The translations under genes were made by a program, and so were the position numbers. This document shows, one piece after another, positions 1 to 14,079 of a stretch of 64,000 nucleotides of DNA. How positions within the stretch are numbered: position 1 is the first letter of the stretch; each line of letters opens with the position of its first letter. The DNA is taken from positions 381,114,001 through 381,178,000 of the forward strand of contig OZ024740.1 in assembly GCA_964016885.1 (NCBI GenBank). Reading direction: 5' to 3'. Origin of the DNA: Eledone cirrhosa. Its lineage: Eukaryota. The notes under the pieces are model-generated. The model worked only from the letters and a program-made list of their open reading frames with translations, was not told the origin of the DNA and searched no databases.

Positions 1-1632
1 GGTCGGGATTGCGCATGTCTGCGCTTCTCCCACCTTGGCCAAAATCTGTAACTCTGTGTTTAGCAGAGTTATGGGCCGGAAGTTGCCTATGACATCCCCC
101 TTATTCTCGTCCTTCCTGACTAGTGTGACTACGCCCCAGACACAGAACTGGGAATTCTCCCGTTCTGCTGCCAGTTGCAGTAGACCGCTTCCAGGAGACC
201 GGAGAATAGGTCCAGCATTGCTACGTAAAATTCGTAGGGTAGACCGTTGAGACCTGGAGATTTTCGTTTGCTGCATTGGCTCAGCGTGTCCCCTATCTCA
301 GCCGCTGAAATCGACTTTTCGCAGAACTTCGCCTCGCTGTCCGAGAGTCGCGGTAGGTCGTCGAGGTATGGACCGAAATCCATAGCCCCTCCCGGCGCGC
401 CGCCCTGCCCGAACAGCTGAGCAAAGTGCCGCTGAAAGGCCGCACACATCTGCTTCGGCTCACGTGTCACGCGTCCGTCTTGGTCCTTCAAAGACCGAAT
501 CGTGGACTTGTTGCCACTTTTCGCCTCCGTCACTCGGGCCCAGCTAACAGCTTTGGCTCCCTCGTTTCCGAGAGCACGTATTTTGCTTCTGACAACGCAG
601 CCTTCATGCTTTGCGTCGAAGAACTGGTCCAAGGCCGTTCTCGTCGCTAGCACGCTGGCTAGGTTGCCAATTGTAACTGCCTCTTCTACTTTATCTACCA
701 GTTCCTTTTCGGTTTTTGTTCTATCTAACACTAATTCTTTACTAAAACCTATCGAGTCTAATCTAACTGCCCTCTTGAGAGAGTACCACCATCTGTTGTT
801 GACAAGGGCCCTGTCAAGTGCTGTTTAACTAAAGTGCTAATCCGTCTACTATAGGCTTTGCCTGTCGGTAACGACAAGTTCAGCTTCCAGTAGCCGGGTC
901 CTTGTCTATGGGTTCTATCAAGGTTGACCATGCAGGTCACTAGTTTGTGATCTGAATAGGCAAACATGAACATGTGTGGACAGCTTAACATGTCCCTATC
1001 CTTATTTCTAACTAGAACCCTATCTAGGTACGATCTAGATGTTCCGCTGAGATTAGTCCACATCCACTGTGGCACAGTCGGAAAATCTAGTCGATATCTA
1101 TCGGCCAGGTCAAATCGGCCGATTAACTGTTTGCGTCTGTTACACCCCCCCCCCCTTTATCGGGACGTGCTCCTACATAGTCCCAACGTGCATCTAGGAT
1201 TCCATTCCAGTCCCCCACTAAAAGCAAGGAGCGGGACGTTCCCAGAAAATTCTCTAGACGTTTGAAGAAGTCTGGCCGCGGTATCTCGGATTGGGCATAT
1301 GCGGCCATCAGCCTGAAGGCTCCACCTTAACTACTGTCAACGTCTAGGACCACCAGCGGACCCTGCGGGTCCAGATGTACCGTCTGTGTAACGAGGCCCA
1401 GGTGTTTGCGCAGCAAAACGGCAACAACGCCCCCACCCCCCGGCTGACAGAGAGATGCGTAGATCTCAAAGTCCTCGAAGATGGGGGCCAGCTGTCGCTC
1501 GCTGTGGATCCTGGACTCGCAAATGGCTAGTACATCCATACTGTGCGACCTGAGGTCGTTTAAGTGTTTGCCCTGTTTTCAGGGCATCCACAGGCTGCGT
1601 ACATTCACACATCCAACTCTTATATTGGCCAT
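1..1632 (-). pseudogene. LINE ORF2 (AP endonuclease + start of reverse transcriptase), disrupted
   Basis: ATG at 1632 reads MANIRVGCVNVRSLWMP*KQGKHLNDLRSHSMDVLAICES, in frame with track ORF 1327-1539. Continues through ORFs 1123-1308, 758-1075 and 129-731. Confidence 0.9.
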
Positions 1633-1669
1633 GTTGGTTCTGAAAAGTTAAAAGAAGAGAAGAAAATAC

Positions 1670-3195
1670 TCACCTCTTCGTCTCCCGGGGATCAGGCCGT
1701 ACGATTTCCATGGGGTGTTAGAGGGTTTTTTCTGGGTGGGAGGTGGTTTCCGGCGGGGTGGGGACGGAGATGTTTTGTGGGGAGGGGGTGTCTGATGGGG
1801 TGAGGTGTCTGGGGTGGGGTGGGGAAACTTTTTAAAAGCACGCGGTTAATGGATTTAACACAAGGATTACCCACGTCCTTAGGAAAGTTTTCCTTTAAAG
1901 ACTTATAGGTGTCCGTAGGGACCCTAATCATCTTTAAATTAGGTTTGTCTACACAGTTCGAAAAAGTTTTCCCTTCGATTTTCACCGAAGGGTCGTTGGA
2001 GATGACCTCCATTAAAGTTTTGTTTTTACTGTTTATGTATGTGTAATGTTCTTGTGTTGCGGTGGTTTTTGTCTGTTGTTCTTGTGGGAGCTTTCGTTTT
2101 GTTGTAGGTGTTTGTGTTTGGAGTGATGTCGTAGTTTTGTTTTCGGGACGGGGGTTTTTGTTTGTAATGTTTGTGTTGTTTGTGTTGGTGGTTGTATGTT
2201 TGTAGTGATGTTTGTTGTTTTTTTGTTCTTGTGGTGTCTTTTCTTCTTTCTTTTCGAACGGGGAGGCTCTCCCTCATCGTCACTTGGTGATGATGTGGGG
2301 GCCTCGTCCGTTGTGGTGTCTGTGTTATTTGGAAGGGGTATGTTTTGGGGAGCTGTCGTGTTTGTGGGTGTTTTTGCAGTGGTTTTAGATGGAGTGGGGT
2401 TGGGTGGGACTGTGCTTGCAGGTTGGTTTGTTGTTTTTGTTTTGGTTATGTTTGCGTGTTGTTGTTGTTGTTGTTGTGGTGGTGGTGGTGGCGGTGGTGG
2501 TGGTTGTGTTGTTGTTTTGGACAGTAAGCTTAAACAGTGGCAACATGAAGGCCGCCTACCCTCAACAGAAATGTTTATGTGTGAAATTCCATCCAGAGGC
2601 ACACGTTGGGGGTATTTTAGTTATCCGTTCTGACCTCATTTGGACCAGAACTTCCATGCTCATACCATTGAATGTGCCTCTGGAGGATTTTCCCACCGAA
2701 ATGATGGTGTCTTCGTCGAAATCGATGAAGCCAGTTAAAATCCACCCGACGTTTACATCTGGTGCAATGTTCGAAATTTTTATCTTTTGTGTCCTTTTTC
2801 CCATATATGTGGGGAAAAAGGTGTAAAGGGGGGACACAATCGGCGATACAGAATATGTTTGTGCTGTCATGGAATTCTTCAGAACCAGTTCAATGTCGTT
2901 TTGGGATAATTGAACTGGTTTTTTCGACACATTTGAAACCGTCCTAAAAATTACTGTTTTTAGAACAGTTTCTCTGCGTAACTGTTGAGGAGAAGTGATG
3001 CTGAAAGCACCACTCTCACCAAAAGTTACATACTGTTTTGCATCGCTTAACATTTCCCTAGCATTGGAAATGTCAATGTATGTGAACAGTTCCATCTTTT
3101 GGACGGTTTGAGCAAAGGAAATCTTTTCCTTGTTCGTGGAGTTGTTCGTGTTGCTGTTTTTGTTGGTGGTGTTGTTGTTATCATTGTTGTTGTTA
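1670..3195 (-). pseudogene. LINE ORF1 (gag-like) with degenerate zinc knuckle and P/T/Q-rich linker, frameshifted
   Basis: ORFs 2562-3329, 2033-2602 and 1692-2012. VEGRRPSCCHC knuckle remnant, poly-P/Q, KRKKKRHHK basic patch; lies directly upstream of ORF2. Confidence 0.75.
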
Positions 3196-3589
3196 TCAGA
3201 TAGATAGATAAGGAGGATGCAAAGAGGCGATGTTTGTGTGTGTTTGCGCGAGTTTATACATATGTATGCTTCATTAAGAGAAAAAGCATGACAGATGAAA
3301 GCTAAATCAAAAGATTCATAGCGAATCACAAAAAAATAATAAAATGTAGATGAAAAAAGAAATGAAAATACCTAAAAGAGAATATAATCAAGAAAAGGTG
3401 GATGTGAGAAAGGAAAACAAATGTAAATCGTGTTAAGTTGTAAGATACTTGTACCACTGTTCAGTGATATGATGTGTTTTAAATACGTTCAACAATGGCG
3501 AATATAAATGTGTCAACAGATATTTGGTATTCATACTGGAAAGTGATTTATTGTGTTTCTTTTACACAGGTGACACATGAAAAAGTATA

Positions 3590-3590
<1 letters not shown>

Positions 3591-3653
<63 letters not shown>

Positions 3654-3671
3654 GCGTGCGTGTGTGTGTGT
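3591..3671. repeat. (TG)n microsatellite
   Basis: Direct reading. Confidence 0.97.
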
Positions 3672-5498
3672 AGTCTTCTAAGATCAAGAAAAGTTAGAAA
3701 GGTCTCCAAAGATTTCTAGTGGGGTCATATAAGGGATTTAGATATGGCTTCGAGGACTCAAACTGCTCATGTTGCCGTTGTTGTTTAGCCTCCAGATCAG
3801 TCTGATCGTGTAATATTCATGATCAAGTGTGTTTAAGCTGTAATCATTATGTATTTCATTTTTCAGATTAGTATATTCAGGATCACATTATCCAACATGT
3901 CCTTCCCTTGTTTTTTGTTTTTTCAAGTCGGTTAATATTATAGCAGATCGATTGGCGATTTCTTGTAGAAATGCTCATCACAATGACCGGTAATTCTTTC
4001 TAGCTTGTTAGTATTCACCTGGATAAAAGACAAATCTTTGTTTAAGGACTTAAATGTATCACAGGCAGCCCAAAATTCTCAAAGTAATTTGATATCTACT
4101 GACAGCGAGGAATTGTACAGTTGAGAAGTGTTGAATTAAGTGAAATTCTCATATATGTTACAAAAGACCAACAGATACATAAGGATTTGAAAAACTCACT
4201 CGATATTAGTGAGTTTTAAATCCTTACTTTACATGTTCTCTGAGGCATATATCTATAATAGATATTTGATAACATCTATTTTAAAGATGGTGAACTGGTA
4301 GAAAAAATTGCATTCTAGTATTACCGAATATAATAATTGTGATCAGTAGTTCCAGTTTTCTATATGATGGTCAGAGGAGGTGAAAATGTCGATACATTTA
4401 CTTGGGGGAATATTAAAAAGAACCTTTAGCTCGAACAGGAGAAATGAAGATCTACACATTTCTTACTTTCAAAAAATTGCGGGGGGGGGGGGGGTCTTCT
4501 GGTCGCTTAAAACGGGAAAAGTTGAAGATCAGAATATTTCAAGCAAGTGTACTTAAAAAATCCAAATGAATTGTTGGATATCTTTATAAGTCATCTGTGA
4601 TTTAAAGTGTTGAGTTTTGAATTTATTAGCACAGCAGGACCAAATAGGACTTCATTCGGAAATGACTTAATGAAATTATTCGGAAGATAACTGAACCCAA
4701 GTAAAATATATATATATATATACAATAAAACAATAAAAAAAACCAGAGTTGCAAAACTAATAAGGCTGACGAGATAGAATATGTGGGAAACAATCTCATG
4801 TGTCTATATGTCTTAATTTCAAATGAATTGCAAATATTGTATTATGTATTTGGTTACATGTAATCTAAGGTGCTTACGTTCAACTAGCTGTCAGAAATAA
4901 GCACTCACCGGTTCTTATGTTCAAATTACTTGCCCATAAATTGGCATCCTCGTCAGGGTAAGATGTATCACTCATTCATGCAACACTGAGTTCATTGTGA
5001 GCATCCTTATGAGGCATAATTCAGCGGATCCAAAATACACGAGGAATGAGGGATGTGACAAAACAGAAGAATCATAAAGACTACCAACAAATAGATTTTA
5101 TATCCTACTCTTCAAAACGATAAAAAAGATCACAACTGTTTGGAAATGTATTCTCCATCAAAGGAAACTAAAAATCAAATGCGAACACACGAATATAAAC
5201 ATATGGTGACGCAGGAGAAAAAGAACTAAAACTAAATCGACAAAGAAGTCGTCGCTTCTTTTTTCTTTATTTTATCATTAATAGGAGTGCTTCTTTGTAG
5301 AGACTTGGTAATAATCTTTTGAGTTTAAGAACTATTTTAAAACTCCTCAGAGAAGTGAATCAACATTAACAAGCGCTTTGATTTTCTTTTGTAAAACAAT
5401 AAAAAAAACCGAAAGTAATGAAAAGAAAAGAGAGGAAGTTCTCTTAAGATCTACGTAGTCATCATATAACACATACATATAATAGACACACACATACA

Positions 5499-5554
<56 letters not shown>

Positions 5555-5858
5555 GTGAGAGATAGAGGGAAGAGATAGAGACATGCTTATATATTTATAT
5601 ATATAATTTATATAGATACATACACACACAGTGTATACATACAAAGTAATACTTCTGTTAACGCTCTAGATAGGTTTCTAAAAATGCAATGTTAAAATAA
5701 ACAGCGCTATGCAGTGATTATAATTTAACATAAATAGAGATACCAGCATGATAGGCTATTCTTAACAATAATGCGGACACGGTGATTCATTAGCTAAGAA
5801 CACACACACATATGAATATCTCTATACGAATATCTCTATATATGAATATCTCTATATG

Positions 5859-6118
<260 letters not shown>

Positions 6119-6782
6119 TATATATACGATTAAGCAATGAAACTGTCTTGGTTTCCTTTGTTTCATCTCACGAGGCTAATATCACACATTTCATCAATTA
6201 GCTTTTGCTAACACCTTCAATTGAAAACAAATGTTGAATGAGTCTACATCGTCATTCAACCCGTTAGAAATAGTATTCAGACCTTTTTCAAATTACATTC
6301 GACCATCTTCACAAAAAATATTGGGACACATTGTATAATGTAATCGTAAAAAGGAGCTGAGATATAAAAAGATGACCATGGATAGAACGTTTTTTTAGCA
6401 TGGGGTTAACGTGGACTAAACAACAACAATTGTGTAATAGCTTATTACTTGTTGGGTGATAGCATATATTCATCAAATACACATGTAACATTTACAATAG
6501 AGGCGAACGACAAATGCAACTAACGTGAGTTCTATTGCACAAACCGTAATAATGTAAACTTAATACACCTCTAGACATCATGTCACTTGAGACACAGTCG
6601 GTGGTAAAAGTGGTGAAAGAGGGAGAAGTAGGAGAGACCAAGGAAGAGGGAGAGAAGGGGAGCAGAGAGAGGGAAGGAGAGAGAAAAGGTGAATATAAAG
6701 ACAGTGGAAGTAGAAATATAGTATTAGGGGGAAAAGGTAGTTGCGGAGTGGTATCTTTGAGAACGATTAGTGGAGTCGGAGC

Positions 6783-6903
<121 letters not shown>

Positions 6904-7249
6904 GTCAAAGATTCCCAAAACGCCGACGGCTGACGACATTGGTGACGATAATGATGACGAGACGATGACTAAGAGTGTGCAATGAGGATGAGGATATGAT
7001 GATGATAATGACGATGTGTAATTATGAGGACGATGTTGATTATTATTGCTGCCATTATTTGAAACTTCCTTTGAATTCTGTTTCGTTTTCATGTCATGTC
7101 GTGTGTCAACATGACACTGAGACACAATTTGGCAATATAGATATTTTACATACAATTGTCATACGCATGTTACCACAAGGGCATAAACAACAGTAAATGT
7201 CTTTGCAAAGTATTTAAATTTATAATCCCTTTGTCAGCTCATGGACAGT

Positions 7250-8260
7250 GTAGAGTCAGCACTACTGGACAGGGTCAGTCAGCACTACTGGACAGTACCA
7301 GGCAGCACTATTTTCTGTATTTCTTGCTGAAATATTTTTCAGTTCCCTTTTTTATCATTCTAAGTGCACCGACTATTACTGGTATAGGACATCTTTTAAG
7401 TTGCCACATTTTTTCATGGAATGCTCCTGTCAATTAAGAAACATGTTTTCTTCTTATGGCCCTTCCCAATTATATCAGGTCTGTTGGCCTTGATCGCTCT
7501 TCGGTGTTCATAGGAAATCACATAGGATTGTCACATTCTCAACTCCTTTTACTATTACATTTGGGTGTGTTTCTAATAATTTCAATTTTTTTTAATGAAA
7601 TTTCTCCTACTGACATCATAGTCAATACTTTTAGTGGTTTCTCTTCTGTCACATATTCATTTCCATTCCTCTCTGATATTGGTATTCTGAAATCCTTTTC
7701 AGCATTCTTCTTAATTCCATTTAACTATTCTTACATTTGCAAGTTTGTTCTCGTCCAGGTTTGGTTTCATTTCTGAATCTCTTTGCTTCCATACCCACAA
7801 AGAATGTACTGTTTTGTTTCCGATGGTTTGCTCTGTGAGTGATAGAATGCTCAAATCACTTCTTTATACTGTTCTCGAGTTCATTTGATACGTTGGGCTG
7901 TTTGTCTTTCTTGTGGTGCTGAATTTGGAGGGCTTAGGTTGAGATTATTCTCGTTCAAGTCCCCATTCAAGTCTGCATGTGAAGAGCTCGTTTTAGCTGC
8001 AGACTTTTCGACCCTAGGCCTATTGCTCCATGAGAGACACAGTTCTTTTTGACCCAGGCGATGACCAATTCGGTATGCGTTTTCTTTGTGCGTTTTACCC
8101 TTCAACGCCAAGGGGTAATTTTGTTCAAGAATCCCACCTCTAAGACGATTATCAACCAAGATTAGTGAGCTCGTCCTCTATGAGACACAGCTACTCACCA
8201 ACGGGTGTCAGCCAGATATTTCTTGGCCACGGGTTTTATTATTTGTGCTGTCCGTAATGT
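7250..8260 (-). mobile_element. R4/Dong-like non-LTR retrotransposon relic (restriction-like endonuclease C-terminus), apparently internally deleted
   Basis: Minus-strand translation around 7290-7560: NVTILCDFPM..AIKANRPDIIGKGHKKKTCFLIDRSIP..MWQL..IPVIVGALRMIKKGTEKYF..QEIQKIVL. This is a PD-D type RLE motif. The upstream boundary is uncertain. Confidence 0.65.
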
Positions 8261-8922
8261 TTTCTTCATGTAAACCCACCCTTTGTGTTTAATAAAGAAA
8301 TCATTACCACCATTATTACTTAGTATTATTAATTTTATTATCTCCATTATTATGTTGTTTTTGCTCTTGTGGCTACCACGTGCAGCTTTGTTGTTATCAT
8401 TGTTGATACTTTCTGATGTCGATTTGTTTTGGTTTTGTCTTTGACTAGACTACGTTCTGTAGTCACAGAAAAGGGATTATCAGATTATAGTTATCGTTGT
8501 CCAGATAATATTGATGTACGTAGGGTTTGTTGATAGCTACTGCTTTTTTGACCGGTTCAAAGTCAGCGACATCAAACTATGAATATATTAATGTCTTTTC
8601 TCTGAGCTTCTTGTTGCTATCTTGTCAAGTTATTTTAACAGAAAGCAGGGATGATACTATTTATAGTAGAGTTAATTTGTTCTTTTTCTTTGCTGTTTTT
8701 AGAAAACGTGCAGCTTATGAGAAATTATTACTTGGGAAATTTGAAGATCTTTGCCGATCCATCTCTGAAAGAAATTCTTTCCGGTCATCAAGACAATTAC
8801 CTTACCCATTCGATGGAACAAAATGTCTACCTACACATTATCACTCACCGACGACACCTACCATGTTTGTAGCTTGGGTCTTTCTTCTTATTATTATTAT
8901 TATCATTGTTGAGGTGAATTGA

Positions 8923-9358
8923 GGGCGGTGAATTGGCAGTATCGGTAGAAGGTTGGACGCCATGCTTTCCAGCATAGTTACGTCCCTTTACGATCTGAGT
9001 TCAAATACCGCCGAGGTTAACTTTGCCTTTCATCCTTACGGGGTCGATAAAATAAAGTACCAGTAATGTACTGGGTAATTTCTGGCCTTGTGCCAAAAGT
9101 AGAAACAATTATTATTATCATTGTTATTAGCGCGGTGGATTAGCAGTATCGGTAGAGCGTGGGTCACCATGCTTTGCAGCATAGAGTTACGCCCCTTTAT
9201 GATCTGAGTTCAAATCCCGCCGAGGTTAGCTTTGCCTTTCCTCCTTACGGGGTCGATAAAATAAAGCACCAGTAATGCACTGGGGTCGATTTAACCGACT
9301 TTCCACTCCCACAAAATTTCTGGCCTTGTATATAGTAGAAATCATTATTATTATTATT
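8923..9358 (+). mobile_element. Two tandem tRNA-derived SINEs (family A)
   Basis: A-box TGGCAGTATCGG, B-box GAGTTCAAATCCC, core gcctttcatccttacggggtcgataaaataaagtaccag, (ATT)n tail. Copies at 8923-9118 and 9130-9358; a diverged third copy at ~9720-9900. Confidence 0.92.
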
Positions 9359-9914
9359 AGCAGAATAATCACAGCCTCGGACAAAATGGTGCTTTACATT
9401 GGAATTGCTGTCAACTTTCTCATAATCCTGGGGCTGATAAAAGAAAGCAGGGGTCAAATAGTGGTGGTCTCTTCCCATCTTCTTTATTGAAAATCAGGGT
9501 TCATGGACAATTGCACCAATGTTAATCTGTATGACGCTGTATGTCCTTAATTCTCATCGAGAAGATAGTGACATCGATGGGTCTTGAATCCTCACCCGAC
9601 CATTACTCGGCTTTCATTACTAGTACTGAGGACGATTTAATCGACATTCCCCTCCACGCAGATTGCTGGGCGTGGGCGTTTGTCTAAATTATAGATAATA
9701 ATTATTATTAACATAAAGAGCTGTATGGGCAGAATCATGTGCAGGATAAAATGCTTTGCAATACTTTGAATTTCATACCCTACCGATGCCTTTCAGTTTT
9801 CTGAAGTCGATAAAATAAAGCACCAGTCAAGTACTGGGGTCGATATAAACGACTTCCCCTTTCCATAAATTACTGGCCTTGTGCCTAAATTAGAAATCAT
9901 GAATTTTGCATCTA

Positions 9915-10851
9915 CAGTGCTTCCAGGCGCTCAAGGTACTTTACCAGCTGGCCAACCTAATATATGACCAGAAAACAACGCCTGCATTTTATATAGGATT
10001 AGTGGAAGGTATGAGCAACGTTGGCCTGCGAGCCACTTTAAACGTCGACGAGAAGAGTCTGAACAGATTCTTCTGTGAGACGTGCAGATAGGAGATCAGG
10101 GACCATAAAAAAAGATCCTTTGCATAACTAGTTCGGGACAAGGGAGGAAAAGGAAAACATTCGGACATGTTCGAGATGCATGCAGGATGAAGAAAACGTC
10201 TTACATGCTATAGCCCAGTGGCCATGCATTGCAAGCTTGTGAGCTTGTGTCGTACAAATGTAGATAAGATCTGTCAGTGGGGTCTATAGAAAAGATCAAT
10301 TCGCCACTTTCCTTCAGAAAGAAGACGCAACAAAACTTCCCCAGTTTGGTAGCAATGGCAAAAGAAACTGTATGGTGGACTCAACTAAAATGATTGAGGA
10401 GAGGAATCTCCCCCTCTGGTCAAGCAATTATGAACTTAAACCTGAAATTAAACCTGAGGAGGAATTTAAAGCTAGAGAGGAATGTGTTTTATGAAAAATG
10501 GGTGAGAACGGTGAGATTGCATTTCTAACCAAGTGGAAAGAAATCAGGTAAGGGCGCTTTCAATATCATTGAGGCGACAGGGTAATCCAGGATATCGTGT
10601 GGAGTTCTCCTTGGAATTACCCTAAAGCGTTGTCCCTCTACATCTGCTTACCGAGGAAATTGTCTTAGTTGACATTTATTGTAGTTTTCTATCGTTATAT
10701 ATATTTTTTATTTAATTTCTATTATTGTTATATCTACTATTTTCTATTCGGTGGTGTCCCTTTCCGCCATCTCTATGGAAACACAACTCTATGTTGTTTT
10801 TATCCTTGTATTGTCTCCAATGTCTTGGGTCCTTGTAGCCAATAAAATAAA
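9915..10851 (+). mobile_element. 5'-truncated Tx1/L1-like LINE 3' end (zf-RVT-like region + 3' UTR)
   Basis: TCSRCMQDEENVLHAIAQWPCI (degenerate CX2CX7HX4C), LVAMAKETVWWT, FLTKWKEI, then a T-rich UTR ending aataaaataaa. Confidence 0.7.
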
Positions 10852-11382
10852 TCATTTTGTTCACAGCTTAAATCTAGATTTCATATGGCCCCAACTTCTT
10901 ATAAACAGAACATATATATTATATTAGTAGATTGTATAATTTGACAGAAAACTCACAAATATTCGAACTGCTCAGAACACACGAAAAAACATATTTTTAA
11001 ACATTCAATATTTGATACGAATTTTATACCAATCGAAACCAGGCTACATTTAATGCAACTATTATAAAATTATTCATTCTGACGGGTTAAAGAAAAAGTA
11101 ATCTTTAAATATACTTCTGTGCATTTTCACCTTCACTTTTTAACTATATTTATACATATGCTTAATCTGTTAATGAGATATTGAGGTCAGAAATCGAGTT
11201 CTACATATAAGCCGTGAGCATATAATGCCTCGCGGATACTCATATCCACTTTCCCTGTCTCTAAAGATATTCTACCCGATATTGTCAACTATTTTTTATA
11301 GTGATCAACTATTAGTACAGTCATTCTGTGCGTTTGAGATGCTCAAATTTTCAGAATCATCACTCAACGTTTTGTAAACCAT

Positions 11383-11545
<163 letters not shown>

Positions 11546-11763
11546 CCGCGCGCAAATGGAAGGTTAGTAAAATCGAAGTTTTGGTGGTGGCCAAGCTAAC
11601 GAGATACAATTAGGTTTGTGAAAAGCACTCGGTAAGGGTGTATCACCTTAGAGTAATTAACATACGTTAGATAGCGTGACAAATTGAAAACTGCGGCCAG
11701 CAGGACTAGCCACATAATACCAAAGCAACAAAAATACATTTAGGTTATATATATATATATATA

Positions 11764-11938
11764 TAGTGAAATTCCATTATAACGAAATTCACGAGGTATA
11801 AAAAAATTCGCTCTAATGAAAAATTCTTATATAACGAGATCGACCTAACACATCGAGTATGTGGCCGGGGATTGAAAAACATTTCGTTATACTGAAAAAT
11901 TCGTTATAATGGTATTCGTTATAACAGAATTTTACCTG
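11764..11938. mobile_element. pogo/Tigger-like MITE in TA context
   Basis: Imperfect TIRs tagtgaaattccattataacgaa / ttcgttataacagaattttacctg, internal repeats of ttcgttata, TA flanks. Confidence 0.7.
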
Positions 11939-12152
11939 TATATATATATAATATTAACATACCCATTCATTAGTATGCATACATTGTTTGTGTAAATCAC
12001 TTGATTTTAAACACTTCGCACAAAGACAAATATGAGTTAGCAAATATGACTAATCTTCGCCACTTTGATGACTTGTAGGAGATGTGGTATTTTGTTATTG
12101 TTATTGTAGTAGTTGTTGTTACTATTTCTTGTTGACTTTCTTTCATTATCAC

Positions 12153-12407
12153 CCACTCACTCATTTACATCACTTATTCTCTCACTCATTCCTGTATTTA
12201 GTCACCCACTCATTTACATCACTTATTCTCTCACTCATTCCTGTATTTAGTCACCCACTCATTTACATCACTTATTCTCTCACTCATTCCTGTATTTAGT
12301 CACTCACTCATTTACATCACTTATTCTCTCACTCATTCCTGTATTTAGTCACTCACTCATTTACATCACTTATTCTCTCACTCATTCCTGTATTTAGTCA
12401 CTCACTC
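12153..12407. repeat. 49-bp tandem minisatellite, ~5.2 copies
   Basis: Unit tcac(c/t)cactcatttacatcacttattctctcactcattcctgtatttag restarts at 12202, 12251, 12300, 12349 and 12398. Confidence 0.95.
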
Positions 12408-12587
12408 TTAGATATTTACTCACACCTAATCAACTTTCACTTTTACTCCTACTCAAGGAAACACACATACATTAACCCTTTTTAATCATTCCCTCTTTCT
12501 TCCTTCCACCCACGGACATTGATTCATTACCTCATTCTTACGCTCACGGATATATGTATTTAAACCTTCATTTACACTCTCTCGCTT

Positions 12588-12589
<2 letters not shown>

Positions 12590-12663
<74 letters not shown>

Positions 12664-12664
12664 C

Positions 12665-12744
<80 letters not shown>
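12590..12744. repeat. (TA)n(TG)n microsatellite
   Basis: Direct reading. Confidence 0.97.
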
Positions 12745-12747
<3 letters not shown>

Positions 12748-13062
12748 TATATATGTATTTGGATGTGTGTACGTACATATGTATATATATATATATATGT
12801 GGGTGTGTGTGTCTATCTGTGTTTATGTATGTATATACATACATATACTCAAACATTGCTATCATTTCCCATTTCCTCAATAAAAATTACCAGTGTGTAG
12901 GATGTCGTACAAGTATGACAATGGCGAAGTGACTTTTAAATGGATTTTTTAAAACGTGCGTAAAATCATAACGAGCAGATGAAGCTCCCTTCTTGATCGA
13001 CAATCACAACTATCTATCTTCTCAGTTACTTTCACCCTATTAATTTCATATTATTTTTCTGT

Positions 13063-13252
13063 CGGTGAATTAGCAGTATCGGTAGAGGGTTGGACACCAT
13101 GCTTTGCAACTTAGAGTTACTCTCCTTTACGGTCTGAGTTCTAATCCCGCCCAGGATAACTTTGCCTTTCATCCTTACGGGGTTGATAAAATAAAGTACC
13201 AGTAATACACTGGTATAATTGCTGGCCTTGTGCCAAAAGTGGAAACAATTAT
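13063..13252 (+). mobile_element. SINE family A copy
   Basis: Full head-core-tail match to 8923-9118. Confidence 0.9.
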
Positions 13253-14079
13253 TTTTCTGTCTTTATGTCTTGCCTTGTCTGATTTTCTTCTCCAAACCTC
13301 TGAGTGACTCGATGTCAGATCAAGTTAATATTGTTTTATGTTTACCAGATATTACAATTATATTTTTGTTGACCCAATAAAGTAATGTCAGCCCTATCGC
13401 AATTATCCAATACTCTATATCCAGGCATCATTATCCCGAAATTTAACTTCAACAATACGATTGCCATCACTCGTTCTCAGTAAATACTTATACTAGAAGG
13501 AAGGAAGCTGCAATATTTTGAATCAGTGGATATTCAATTTATTTTCTCACGAAACACTTTTGCTATTCCTCCCAAAACACGAAACGTATAGTTGAAGATA
13601 ATATCTGCAAACCTAATTTTAATATGGCATTGAATGAAACAAAAATCTTTTTAAAGAGAGAATTTATTTATTCAAATAATACATAGAATAATATTTTATT
13701 AAATTTTATTAAAACACCTTGTCTTGCGGAAACCCAGAATTGAGAAACACTGGTCTAGATTATACTTTATTCTAGCCACTGGAGCTAGTTACTATACGAT
13801 AAGAGAAACGTATGTGTGTGGGGTGGGTGGGGGTTGAGGGTATATACCTTGTTATTTTTTTCATTTTCTTTCTTCCCTATTCTTTCTTTCCATTTGTCTT
13901 CTCTATTTTTCTTTGAAACAGGAGCATAGTCCGAACAGCAGAACATTTTCTGGGTTTTTTTTTCTTCCTTTCGATTTTAAACAGATATAAACTTTGCATT
14001 TCTCTTTATTTGGTTGTTTTTCTCTTGATGTAATTCCTTGGATTATATAGTGAGTGTATTTGTAGATGCATCAATGAGA

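Larger units (their letters stand above)
1..3195 (-). mobile_element. Tx1/L1-clade non-LTR retrotransposon, degenerate (ORF1 plus 5' half of ORF2); runs off the window start
   Basis: ORF2 fragments show APE motifs (VGCVNVRSL, DVLAICE, LLVGDWN, SYLDRVLV, YSDHKLV, GPGYWKLN) and RT N-terminal motifs (KSPGLNGLPYEFY, then NFRPITLLNTELQILAK near 35-85). Multiple stops and frameshifts. Confidence 0.92.

Noticed and set aside
1734-1825. G-quadruplex-like G-run cluster
   Set aside because: It is the antisense of proline-rich LINE ORF1 codons; no independent support.
4230-4420. Possible Penelope RT remnant (YNRY.DNIYF..FQFSI*WSEE)
   Set aside because: Needs frameshifts and is too degenerate to support by eye.
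8923-9015. SINE heads as tRNA genes
   Set aside because: A/B boxes are present but there is no intact cloverleaf, and they are always fused to the SINE core and tail.
12153-12407. Regular 49-bp repeats (also 37-bp at 44642 and 38-bp at 51914) as CRISPR-like arrays
   Set aside because: Units are contiguous with no unique spacers, there are no cas genes, and the context is eukaryotic.
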